Made by a program: the position numbers and the translations under genes | NCBI GenBank assembly: GCA_044347345.1 | Contig: JBIKUX010000004.1 | Location: 1-64,000 of the forward strand | Length of the DNA stretch: 64,000 nt | Direction: 5' to 3' | Source of the DNA: Bdellovibrionota bacterium | Lineage (GTDB): Bacteria > Bdellovibrionota_C > UBA2361 > JBIKUX01 | The notes under the pieces: model-generated | Database searches by the model: none | What the model saw: the letters and a program-made list of their open reading frames with translations, nothing else | Told to the model about the DNA's origin: nothing | In this document: in pieces, positions 49,645 to 58,763 of the stretch | Position numbering within the stretch: the first letter of the stretch is position 1 | Layout of the letters: each line of letters begins with the position of its first letter

Positions 49645-50967
49645 TTAGGTTATCTTACTTAGAAGGGAATTTAAAAGTCTGCTCTGATTCTCACTTGAAT
49701 ATCCGGTAGCCGACAAGAATTCGTTAAGGAGAGATTCAGCTTCCATTATGCGAGCAAGTTCAGGGTCTGGTGTGCCACCAAATAAAATAAGCTCGCGGTC
49801 TCTTTCAAGTCTTAAAATAGATCTTAAAATAATAGATCTAATTTTTTTTGAATCACTATCAAGTAGCTTTTGAGTAAGTCGTGAAACACTTTGGAGAAAA
49901 TCAATAGCAGGGTAGATACCTCGAGCGGCGATAGTAGATGATAAAATTATATGTCCATCTAGTAGACTTTTTACTTCCTGCGCAAGAGGATCCTGATCAG
50001 CGTCAGTTTCGGTTAAAAGAGTATAGAGAGCAGTAATTGATCCATTACAATTTGTCCCAGCTCTTTCCAACAGCATTGGTAACTCTCGTAGTACTGAAGG
50101 TGTAAGACCTCCTCTTAGCTCTCGCTCTCCAGCAGATAAGCCTATTTCTCGGATTGCTCTAGCTGTTCGCGTAAGTGAGTCAACCAGCAATAGTACGCGC
50201 TTACCCTGGTCTCTATAATGTTCAGCAATAGCTGTAGCTACAAATGGAGCAAGACGACGAGCCATTGGAGGTTCATCAGAGGTTGATACCACCATTACAG
50301 TTCGAGTAAGTGATTCCTCGCCTATTGTTTCCTCTAGTATAGAGCGCACCTCACGACCACGCTCTCCAACTGTACAGTAAACGATATAGTCAACTTCAGC
50401 ATTGGCACAAATTTCTCCAAGAAGTGTTGATTTACCTACACCTGGACCGGCAAATATACCCAGCCGTTGTCCGTATCCAATAGGTGTCAGAGTATCAATT
50501 GAACTAATGCCAGTAATTAATTGTGTATTTATTGGTAGACGAGTAAGCGGATTGGGAGTAGCAGATAAAATTGGATTTACCGTGATTGTATTTACGCTGT
50601 TTAGAGATAAACCTATACGAGGATTGTTGAGATGCGAACTATTTTTGATTTTATTAGTTTTATTTAAAATATCCCCGGAAGGAGATAATACTAAACCTTG
50701 AGGATTATCAGGGATTTTAATTGTAAAATTAGCATCATGAAAAAATACTGGGGAATTTAGTGAGACTCCATCTAATGAGCCAAATGGAATGAGTGTCGCG
50801 TATTGCTCTGAGAGAGCAACTACTTCACCTAAAAGAGCAGTTTTATCATTTTTAATTAATTTACAGGTCGCTCCAATAGTTAGACCTGGAAAATTGGCGG
50901 TAACTTTGTTTGGTTCAATATTAATAACAGTACCGTGAGGTGGAATTGTGCCAATATAATTAGACAT
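49645..50967 (-). CDS. FliI/SctN-family type III export ATPase (divergent)
   Basis: TGI..ID.L.PIG.GQRLGIFAGPGVGKST, VGERGREV, VVSTSDEP, LLVDSLTR, LLERAG, LDGHI.LS, YPAID.L.SVSR. Confidence 0.9.
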   Translation of the reverse strand: MSNYIGTIPPHGTVINIEPNKVTANFPGLTIGATCKLIKNDKTALLGEVVALSEQYATLIPFGSLDGVSLNSPVFFHDANFTIKIPDNPQGLVLSPSGDILNKTNKIKNSSHLNNPRIGLSLNSVNTITVNPILSATPNPLTRLPINTQLITGISSIDTLTPIGYGQRLGIFAGPGVGKSTLLGEICANAEVDYIVYCTVGERGREVRSILEETIGEESLTRTVMVVSTSDEPPMARRLAPFVATAIAEHYRDQGKRVLLLVDSLTRTARAIREIGLSAGERELRGGLTPSVLRELPMLLERAGTNCNGSITALYTLLTETDADQDPLAQEVKSLLDGHIILSSTIAARGIYPAIDFLQSVSRLTQKLLDSDSKKIRSIILRSILRLERDRELILFGGTPDPELARIMEAESLLNEFLSATGYSSENQSRLLNSLLSKIT

Positions 50968-50979
50968 GCAGATGCCATC

Positions 50980-51660
50980 TTATTTTTTTGTAAGAGTTTT
51001 TAGAGAAGAAAAATAATTTTTAAATGAAAAGGTAAGTTCACCTTGATTGGTAGCTAATACTATAGTCATTGGTTGGACTAAGTTTTTTTCCTCTATTGGC
51101 AAATTAAGAGTAGAGGATAGTTTACTGAAATACTGTGATTCGCCTGGTGGCACAAATATCATTAGTGGAGATACGTTAATCAGTTTGCCTACTGTGTCTT
51201 TGATGGAAGTACATAGCACTTTTCGTTGCTTGGTAGGAAGTGTGCCAATTATTGATTCGCATAGATTCAGTGAGTAATTGATCATATTTGATGATAATTC
51301 TTCGATGTAATCCAAGAGGCTATTGTTTATTTGTTGGTAAATAATTTGTTGTATGTTTCTCCACTCATGTTCTCTTTCTTGCCTAAAAGCTTCGAAAATA
51401 CGGTGTTGACGTGCTCGGAGGGCTTTTATTTTTTTTGCAGCATCTTTTCTTGAAATCAGTGTCTTATCGTGACAATTTTCATTAATCGTAGCACAAGAGG
51501 AGTCTTTATTTTTTAAGATAAGCTTTAGATTACCAAAAGTAGCGTTGGTATCTGAGTCTCGATTGTGTACTAGCAACTGCAATGATTTTTGCTCTGATGC
51601 TGTTTTATCTCGTGATTCGTGGGATTGTTCGCTTTGGATTATCCAACTTTCTTGAAGCAT
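50980..51660 (-). CDS. Putative FliH/SctL-like stator protein (highly divergent)
   Basis: 12 nt upstream of the ATPase; helical middle, L.LCE.IIG, C-terminal I.V.P...L......VL.T.QG.L layout of FliH. Confidence 0.5.
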   Translation of the reverse strand: MLQESWIIQSEQSHESRDKTASEQKSLQLLVHNRDSDTNATFGNLKLILKNKDSSCATINENCHDKTLISRKDAAKKIKALRARQHRIFEAFRQEREHEWRNIQQIIYQQINNSLLDYIEELSSNMINYSLNLCESIIGTLPTKQRKVLCTSIKDTVGKLINVSPLMIFVPPGESQYFSKLSSTLNLPIEEKNLVQPMTIVLATNQGELTFSFKNYFSSLKTLTKK

Positions 51661-51738
51661 AGTAATTCTTAATATTTTAAACTTACTAAGTTCAGTAATC
51701 GTTACGAGAATGGGTTTGTTGCTAAAATAATAAATAAT

Positions 51739-53352
51739 TTAACTTAAATCTTCAGAATTTTTTTGATTTAAAATTTGTATTATTCCCTTTATTTCAGGAC
51801 TTTTTAGAGCAAAATTTAGAAGTATATAGATGAATGTTCCTAATATTATTTTTAGGAAAAAAAAATCCGAAAATAAAAAAGATGCCAACAAGAAGGCTAC
51901 ACCTGTAGAAATTAAGGCTCTTATTAAACTAATTAGCATTAGCTTACCAATATTGCTTGTATCTAGCGTAATATACCTAATTATTAGAAAGATGGTGCTA
52001 GCTAGTGATCCAACTGTCGATGCAGTAGCAAGACCTACATGACCTAATGACCATGAGATCGGAAGATAGGTTTGAATAAAGCTGAGGCTATCAGCAAATA
52101 ATCCTTTCAATTCAGATTTAGGAGCACCCATTGTGATAACGGCTGTTAGCATAGAAATGCCTAGTGAAATAACCGCACTTTGAAGGGGAATGTTTAGCAT
52201 TTTTCGAGCTGTAAAAGCCCTAGCTAAGAGCGAAGAGCAACTCACACTCCAAAGACTAACACTAAGTGCTTTAACAGCGCTTGCAGTAGCCATAGTTGCG
52301 TCCGGAGAAAAGGCACCTCTTTCAAACAGAGCACGAACTATTATGTTACTTTCTGATAGAAGAAATGCGGTAAAAGGAATCATCATAAAGCTCGTAGCTG
52401 ATAGAGCGGCTCCTAGTTGAGATGAAGCCATATTGCGGTCTCCTTGAGCCTCTGCCCTGGAAAGAATCGGCAGTAGCACTGAGGCTAGTGATATAGAGAA
52501 TACGCCGATTGGAAGCTGAGTGATTCTATCGGCGTAATAAAGCGCTGATACAGCACCTTCGCCGACTAGTGAGGCTAAGATAGTGTTTATTAGAATTGTT
52601 AATTGATACACACCAGCTCCGGCAGCTGCGGGTATCATAAGACGAAGAGTTGCTCGAACCGCCGGAGACCAGATATTTGTGCCCCAAAAGGAAAAAAGTT
52701 TTATACCAACTGTATAAAGAGCTGGAAGTTGAACCAGCACTTGAATCATACCACCAGCTAATACGCTTATTCCTAAAAAAATACATGCAGAAGAGGGAGC
52801 AGCAAAATAAAATGCCGCCACTGCACCAATTATTAAAACTATGTTCATCACTACTTGAGCCCATGCAGAGGCACCAAATACTAAATGAGCGTTAAGAGCT
52901 CCGTTAATTAGTACGACAACACTTACAAAAATAATGTAAGGAAACATAATTCTTGTAAGTGCTGTGGTGAGTGCAAACGCTTCAGGATTGACTCCAAAGC
53001 CTGGAGAAAATATATCCACAATTTGTGGAGCGGTAATAATACCCAAGAGTGTTATAAAACCAGTTGCAAGGAGCAAAGTAGCTAGTACACTTGAAAATGC
53101 TTTCTGCGCTTGATGTGCCCCGAGTCGCAGCTGATCAGTAAATGTGGGAACAAAAGCTGATGTTAAAGCTCCTTCCGCAAATAAACTTCTCAGTAGATTA
53201 GGAATTCGGAAAGCTACGAAAAAAGCATCGGCATACCAAGATGTACCGAGCAATCTGGCTACTAAGAGATCTCTGATAAAACCAAGTAAGCGACTAAGCA
53301 GTGTTAGCACTGAAACAATGGTCGTTCCTCTGACTAGAGATGACCTACTCAC
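51739..53352 (-). CDS. murJ: Lipid II flippase MurJ
   Basis: TLLSRLLGFIRD, ADAFFVAFRIPNLLR.LFAEGA, YYADRI.QLPIG, LFERGAF. Confidence 0.95.
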   Translation of the reverse strand: MSRSSLVRGTTIVSVLTLLSRLLGFIRDLLVARLLGTSWYADAFFVAFRIPNLLRSLFAEGALTSAFVPTFTDQLRLGAHQAQKAFSSVLATLLLATGFITLLGIITAPQIVDIFSPGFGVNPEAFALTTALTRIMFPYIIFVSVVVLINGALNAHLVFGASAWAQVVMNIVLIIGAVAAFYFAAPSSACIFLGISVLAGGMIQVLVQLPALYTVGIKLFSFWGTNIWSPAVRATLRLMIPAAAGAGVYQLTILINTILASLVGEGAVSALYYADRITQLPIGVFSISLASVLLPILSRAEAQGDRNMASSQLGAALSATSFMMIPFTAFLLSESNIIVRALFERGAFSPDATMATASAVKALSVSLWSVSCSSLLARAFTARKMLNIPLQSAVISLGISMLTAVITMGAPKSELKGLFADSLSFIQTYLPISWSLGHVGLATASTVGSLASTIFLIIRYITLDTSNIGKLMLISLIRALISTGVAFLLASFLFSDFFFLKIILGTFIYILLNFALKSPEIKGIIQILNQKNSEDLS

Positions 53353-53387
53353 AACTCTCCGCTATCAATTTATCTTTAGATACATAC

Positions 53388-54572
53388 TTAACGAGTCATA
53401 AAGTCTAAGGCGACTTGATAAAGATCGGAATTAAGGTTCACAGTACGAGATTTAATGTTGCCGTCTTCACCAACCATATCGTGAAGGTTTTGATAGCTCA
53501 GAGTGTCATAGTCTCTAGTTACCATTACACCACTATATCCTTCACACAATAATCTTACTGCTCCGTATCCGAGAAAAGTGGTGTATTCAATATCGAAGGA
53601 TACTGGTTCATGACATCGAAGCTCATAACCTATATTTTTGGTATTTATTTTTATATCGATGCTTTGTTGCTGACATCTTTCTCTTAAAGCTGGTGCGATA
53701 ACATCACCTATTTCAAGCATGTTATATCTTATTCGACCTAACTCATCTCTTTGGATACTTCTTAATAGTTCACTTGAGTCAGGGTCTACTACGTCTAACA
53801 CTCCCTCAGCAATAACAGCCACTCCGTATGGGCGCCCGACAGCTACTCGCTTTTTTATTGAAGATAACAAAATATCTACAATATCATCTACAGTTGGACG
53901 AGTGCCCGTGAATTCTTCAGGAATAATTGTGAGCGTGGCTCCCGAAGCGATACCGAGGCCAAGCGCGAGAAATCCCGCTTTTCGACCCATACTAGATACT
54001 ATAAACCATCTTTGAGATGTACGTGCATCAACCTTAAGCGTGTGAAGAATGTTAGTTCCTACGTAGCGAGCAGTTTCAAAACCAAAACTAGGATATTCAT
54101 TAGGTAGGATTAAGTCATTGTCGATAGTTTTCGGAACGTGAACTACTTGAATATCTGGAACAGTAGAAGATAGATGGTAGCTTACCCAGGCTGATCCTTC
54201 TCCGCCTATAATAACGAGTTTATCAATGTTATGGTCTGCTAGAGTTTTTATAAATGTTTGTTGAGTCTTTGGTTGCGAAAGAGGGTTAAATCTTGAGGTT
54301 CCTAAAATAGACCCCCCAGTTTTATAAATGCCACCTGAAAGAGAAGATGGTGACAAGTCGATGACTGCATTGTTATCACCATTAGCAATTCCTCTAAAAC
54401 CGCCCTTTAAGCCTTTAACTCTAATACCTCGAGCGTGAGCTGCGTAAACAGTAGAGCTTATTACTCCGTTTATACCGGGAGCTGGCCCACCACTTACAAC
54501 TATACCGATAGCGCCAGAACTTTGGTGCTTTTTAATTACATTTGTACTTTTGCTGGTGCTAGCACTGCTCAT
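53388..54572 (-). CDS. pfkA: 6-phosphofructokinase, PfkA family (PPi-PFK-like clade)
   Basis: SGGPAPGIN, GGSILGTSR, IIGGEG, PKTIDND, MGRKAG, IAEG, IGYELRC. Confidence 0.9.
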   Translation of the reverse strand: MSSASTSKSTNVIKKHQSSGAIGIVVSGGPAPGINGVISSTVYAAHARGIRVKGLKGGFRGIANGDNNAVIDLSPSSLSGGIYKTGGSILGTSRFNPLSQPKTQQTFIKTLADHNIDKLVIIGGEGSAWVSYHLSSTVPDIQVVHVPKTIDNDLILPNEYPSFGFETARYVGTNILHTLKVDARTSQRWFIVSSMGRKAGFLALGLGIASGATLTIIPEEFTGTRPTVDDIVDILLSSIKKRVAVGRPYGVAVIAEGVLDVVDPDSSELLRSIQRDELGRIRYNMLEIGDVIAPALRERCQQQSIDIKINTKNIGYELRCHEPVSFDIEYTTFLGYGAVRLLCEGYSGVMVTRDYDTLSYQNLHDMVGEDGNIKSRTVNLNSDLYQVALDFMTR

Positions 54573-54729
54573 TGTATGCTCACCATAATAACGTGTTTTC
54601 TTACAGTCTGGAACTTAGCACAAAATTATGATGAGCTGGAAGAAGTTACTATGCTACGAGCTTAATTAGTACTTAGTTGTTGGTAGGTAAAGAAGCTCTT
54701 AGTTATATAAATCGGCTAAGTTAAGTCTA

Positions 54730-55632
54730 CTAGTTGTTATTACTTGTCGTGCGTAACCACAGTTCGCTATTTTTAGATGCTGTAATAACTTCTGTCCCTT
54801 TTAACACACCAATTCGTATCAAAGTCTCATTATTTTTCTCTTGAGCTTGGATTAGCTCAAGTCCATCAAATTCTGAAGGGGGGTAATACGGATGTCCGAG
54901 CTCAGTTGATATCAGATTTGTATTGGGTAGTTTGAGTACAAAATTAGTTTCATCCTCTCTGGTTAGTGAAAAATTCGGAAGTTCCGTAAATTTAAGTTTA
55001 ATCGCTTTAATTCCTGATGGATTTAGTTTTACAAATTCGAGTGATTCAAGAGTTGCTAAATTCGTAGCTGGAATATCTGTATTGGGTATAACTTTTTCTT
55101 TGGGAGAGGTGTTTGGGATTAGTGCGCGCATTGATACCGAGGCGCGTATATCGTCGTTTATTTTATCAGCAGGTGTATTTTTTGCTAAAATCTTGGTGGG
55201 TAGATTATCTTTACCGTTAAACGATAAAGCTAACACGCCAGAGGATTCATGTTTTTCTACCTTAGGTTTTGCATATCCATTGAGATCAAATACTATCCTT
55301 AATTTATCGGCGTGAGATGATATTCTAATTTTTGAGAAAGGTGACGTATTTGGTCCGTCGATAACTTCGTGCCAGCCTTGCAATTTGGTGCTTGGAATAT
55401 CAACGACTAGCCTGTTTGGACTAGAGAGAGTAAAACTTTTTAAAGTTTCAGCAAATGGGCTTTCAAAAGAGATAGCTGGGGTCATTTGCTGCGAAAATGA
55501 AATGGTCAATTTACCATTCTTATGTGTGCGAGTAATCTGTTGGGTGTCATCGGCATAGGTAGATTTTGATTCTACCAAAATAACCGAGGCTAAAGTTAAA
55601 GCTGCTAAGCGAGAAAATACTTTTCTTCTCAT
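54730..55632 (-). CDS. Exported AMIN-domain protein
   Basis: Signal peptide; FTLSSPNRLVVDIP...IRI......LRIVFDL (AMIN); a second AMIN-like beta domain at the C-terminus. Confidence 0.75.
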   Translation of the reverse strand: MRRKVFSRLAALTLASVILVESKSTYADDTQQITRTHKNGKLTISFSQQMTPAISFESPFAETLKSFTLSSPNRLVVDIPSTKLQGWHEVIDGPNTSPFSKIRISSHADKLRIVFDLNGYAKPKVEKHESSGVLALSFNGKDNLPTKILAKNTPADKINDDIRASVSMRALIPNTSPKEKVIPNTDIPATNLATLESLEFVKLNPSGIKAIKLKFTELPNFSLTREDETNFVLKLPNTNLISTELGHPYYPPSEFDGLELIQAQEKNNETLIRIGVLKGTEVITASKNSELWLRTTSNNN

Positions 55633-55734
55633 ACGATCCCTTCCTTAAGGTAGCTTAAATTCCTCACACCTTAATTACTTGGATTACATCAACTAGGGTT
55701 TTCGATGCAGATAAATGAGTAATCTGATATTTTG

Positions 55735-57645
55735 TTAGATATTTCGTGGTAGCAGGCTGAGAATTATATTTGCATCGTCAGTTAATTTGTCCAGTAAGCT
55801 TGTCCCTATTTGTTGAATAGCCTGTTTTTGCGCTAGGGTTTTAGTCTCAACTGGAATATCGATATCAACAACGCGGTTATAGGCATCTCGTTCTAAATCT
55901 ACGGTTGTTCTTAGATGCTTTATAGCCACATCTAACCGAGCCTGTATGGCATCTATCGAGCCAATTTCGGCATTTACCCGGTCGTACATTTGAGAGAGCT
56001 TGCTTAAAGCTTGTTGACTAGATGATGGTGAAAGAAGATTTGGGTATCTAGTGTCTCCGGGCGAAAGAAAGGCATTACTACCAGTAACTATATCTAAAAA
56101 GCCGTCTCCATTTATATCTCCCACAGAAATTCCGTAGCCGTTATTACTCGATGGTCCAACTGTAAAGGGAGCTTTAAAAGTGCCGTCGCCATTTCCATAT
56201 GAAAGAGAAGCAAAGTTATCTACACCTACAGATGAGGTAGTGAGTAAATCTACCTTACCGTCTCCATTAAGGTCAGCTATTTCAATATCTCTTGTGTAGG
56301 GCGCGTGAGGAGTGCCAGCGAGTACTGAAGTACTTATAGTCACAGAGGGGTTGGGAATAGAAGAACCATTACCAAAGCTAATTCCAGCTTGTCCGTAATT
56401 AGTTTGGTCGTATATTACTATGCGGTCGAGAAAGGTATCTTGGTTTAAATATCCCACATTTGAGCCTCGTCTGTTACCATTTTCAGCAATAAAATCACCA
56501 GTGGTGAAAGTTCTGTTACCGTTATTATAAAATTGTCTTGCGCCGTACCCTTGATTAGCGTCGGTTAGGATTAAATCTAACCGTCCGTCACCATTTATAT
56601 CTCCTATATCAATATCGGGAATTTCTACGCCCCAAGTTATCACAGTAGAACTGGCAAATCCTCCTTGCCCGTTCCCCCAAAATATTTGGGCATTACCTTG
56701 CCTTCCTCCTATTGCAATATCAAGATTTCCATCAGCATCAATATCAGCTACATAAGGTTGACTCTCTCGGTTTACAGTAACTACGTTAGGAAGTGAGAAA
56801 AATGATTGTGGCATTGGAAAAGTGCCGTCTCCATTGTTTAAAAGAACCTCAACTGTATTCTGAAGAGAGGCCATTACAAGATCGGGTAAGCCATCTTTAT
56901 TAAAATCTCCTGAACTAGTGCCTCCGTAGTTCTTGCCGTTGCTATAGTCAGGAATTTCTTGTTCAGTCTTAAAGGTGCCATCACCGTTTCCTAATCTTAG
57001 GCTTGCTCTGTCGGCTGTTGTAACTGCGTCTAAGTAACCATCTGCGTTAAAATCATCGAGGGTAACCTGCCCATTTAGTCGGCCATCAGTAAAAGTCTGA
57101 GATAGAACCCACCCACCATTTGGTGCTTCAACGGTTTCAATTGGTCGATTTAATTCTTTACCAATGCCTATGGGAATAATGGCATGTTGTCCTATGCCAG
57201 CTTGTAATGTTGTGCTCGTAAATGAGCCGTCTAAAAGCTTTAGACCATTATATGAAGTTTCTTCAACTATACGATTATATTCATCTGTTAAGCTTTTAGC
57301 TTCTTCATTAAATGCTTGCCTCTGAGCTAAAGAGTAAGTTCCGTTTGCACTTTGCTGTGCTAGCTCCATTTGTCGTGTAACTATATTTGCAAGTGATTCT
57401 AAGGCACTTTTTGCTACCGTTACAGCGCTTATACCTTCATTTAGGTTTTGTACGCCTTTATAATTAATTGATTTTCGACCATTTAGAGATTCTGACAGTA
57501 TAAGGCCGGCAGCATCATCTTTCCCTGAGTTAATTCTACGGCCTGAAGCTAGTTTTTTGTAAGTTTCTGATAGTTCATTAGATGTCCTATTCAAATTAGC
57601 TTGAATAAGATTACTTAAAGAAGTACTCCCTATCTTCATTACCAC
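55735..57645 (-). CDS. Flagellin with an inserted seven-repeat FG-GAP/VCBS domain
   Basis: N-terminal flagellin helices (KLASGRRINS.KDDAAGL, N.NEGIS, RQMELAQQSANGTYS, T.YNG.KLLDG, LQAG); 7 D-x-[DN]-x-D-G-type repeats in aa ~175-530; C-terminal flagellin helices (IGSIDAIQARL, D.D...E, ILSLL). Confidence 0.9.
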   Translation of the reverse strand: MVMKIGSTSLSNLIQANLNRTSNELSETYKKLASGRRINSGKDDAAGLILSESLNGRKSINYKGVQNLNEGISAVTVAKSALESLANIVTRQMELAQQSANGTYSLAQRQAFNEEAKSLTDEYNRIVEETSYNGLKLLDGSFTSTTLQAGIGQHAIIPIGIGKELNRPIETVEAPNGGWVLSQTFTDGRLNGQVTLDDFNADGYLDAVTTADRASLRLGNGDGTFKTEQEIPDYSNGKNYGGTSSGDFNKDGLPDLVMASLQNTVEVLLNNGDGTFPMPQSFFSLPNVVTVNRESQPYVADIDADGNLDIAIGGRQGNAQIFWGNGQGGFASSTVITWGVEIPDIDIGDINGDGRLDLILTDANQGYGARQFYNNGNRTFTTGDFIAENGNRRGSNVGYLNQDTFLDRIVIYDQTNYGQAGISFGNGSSIPNPSVTISTSVLAGTPHAPYTRDIEIADLNGDGKVDLLTTSSVGVDNFASLSYGNGDGTFKAPFTVGPSSNNGYGISVGDINGDGFLDIVTGSNAFLSPGDTRYPNLLSPSSSQQALSKLSQMYDRVNAEIGSIDAIQARLDVAIKHLRTTVDLERDAYNRVVDIDIPVETKTLAQKQAIQQIGTSLLDKLTDDANIILSLLPRNI

Positions 57646-57779
57646 GATAAATAAAATTAGAAATAATACTTACTAAATCGAGCAGTCGCCCAGTTGGATA
57701 AGATACTTTAGGGATATAACTATAAAAATTTTAAAAAAATTTATTTAGCTCAGAAAGTAATTACTGACTATTAGGTAAG

Positions 57780-58544
57780 CTAAAGGGGAACATAATCATT
57801 TTGGGTGTATCCATTAGATGAATTAGCAGATTGAAGGAGGCTTTGGCGACGAGCGGCTATTTCTTTTGTTTCCTCATGTGCTTCCATCAATTTTTTTTCA
57901 AAAACTACTAGAGCCGCCGAATATGGACTGGTCAAAATAAAGTGGCGATTTTTTCGCTTTTTGTTATCACGAAAAGTAATATGCAGTTTTCTGTTGTTGG
58001 AATAACTTGATTCACCTGACGGAGATTCACCGTAAACGTTTAATTTATCGTCTAAAATCTTTCCTAGTTCTAAGTTTGCACCGTTAAGACCTTCAGAAAG
58101 CATGATGATAGCATCGTTTAGTAGCGCTACCCATACCGCCGCTTCTCTTACTTCACCTACAACATTTTCAAATGATGGCATATTATCTTGTGATGTATCT
58201 TCAATGCGTAAGTGTCCTCGAAATAGTAGTAAGACCGTTAAGTCTTTTGAGTTTGCCGAAAGAGCAAAGCGACGTGCCGCAGATCGTGCGGCAAGATATT
58301 CGAGAATAGTTTTCGGTCGAAGATGCCGAAACCGACGGCTAGAGGCAGATTGAAATACAAATGGGGAGATAATGAGGGAAAACCAGATAAATTTAGCTAG
58401 CTCTAGTCCAATAGCTACTGTGCCGGTAGTTAAAATGAAGAATGCAACCCATACAATACCGTTAGAGTGCGACTTAGCTAAAATCTCAAGCTTTTCTTCA
58501 GGTGGGATGCGTCGCCAAACTTCTTCTGGGTTTAGAAGTTCCAT
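57780..58544 (-). CDS. Hypothetical two-TM protein with a possible PH-like cytoplasmic domain
   Basis: Two hydrophobic segments at aa ~29-64, then beta-strand pattern and a long C-terminal helix. Confidence 0.7.
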   Translation of the reverse strand: MELLNPEEVWRRIPPEEKLEILAKSHSNGIVWVAFFILTTGTVAIGLELAKFIWFSLIISPFVFQSASSRRFRHLRPKTILEYLAARSAARRFALSANSKDLTVLLLFRGHLRIEDTSQDNMPSFENVVGEVREAAVWVALLNDAIIMLSEGLNGANLELGKILDDKLNVYGESPSGESSYSNNRKLHITFRDNKKRKNRHFILTSPYSAALVVFEKKLMEAHEETKEIAARRQSLLQSANSSNGYTQNDYVPL

Positions 58545-58621
58545 AGGTATGATGTTTGGTTTAAGCCATCAGAGTTTGAATATTAGATTCCTTTAGGAAT
58601 CATAGTCTCGTTTATCTCATT

Positions 58622-58637
58622 TGCATAACTCGAGCCA
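58622..58637 (-). promoter_or_regulatory. Sigma54 promoter upstream of the gene at 57780-58544
   Basis: Minus strand TGGCTCGAGTTATGCA = GG-N10-GC, 77 nt before the ATG. Confidence 0.55.
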
Positions 58638-58763
58638 AAGAGGTTAACGGCATTTTTTTTAGCAACCTTAGGATTTATCACACGATTATCCAAAACAAAT
58701 TATTTAAGGGGAAGGATTGTCCTATTACGTTGGGCGATCTCGGGTGATATTAAGTGGTAAAAA

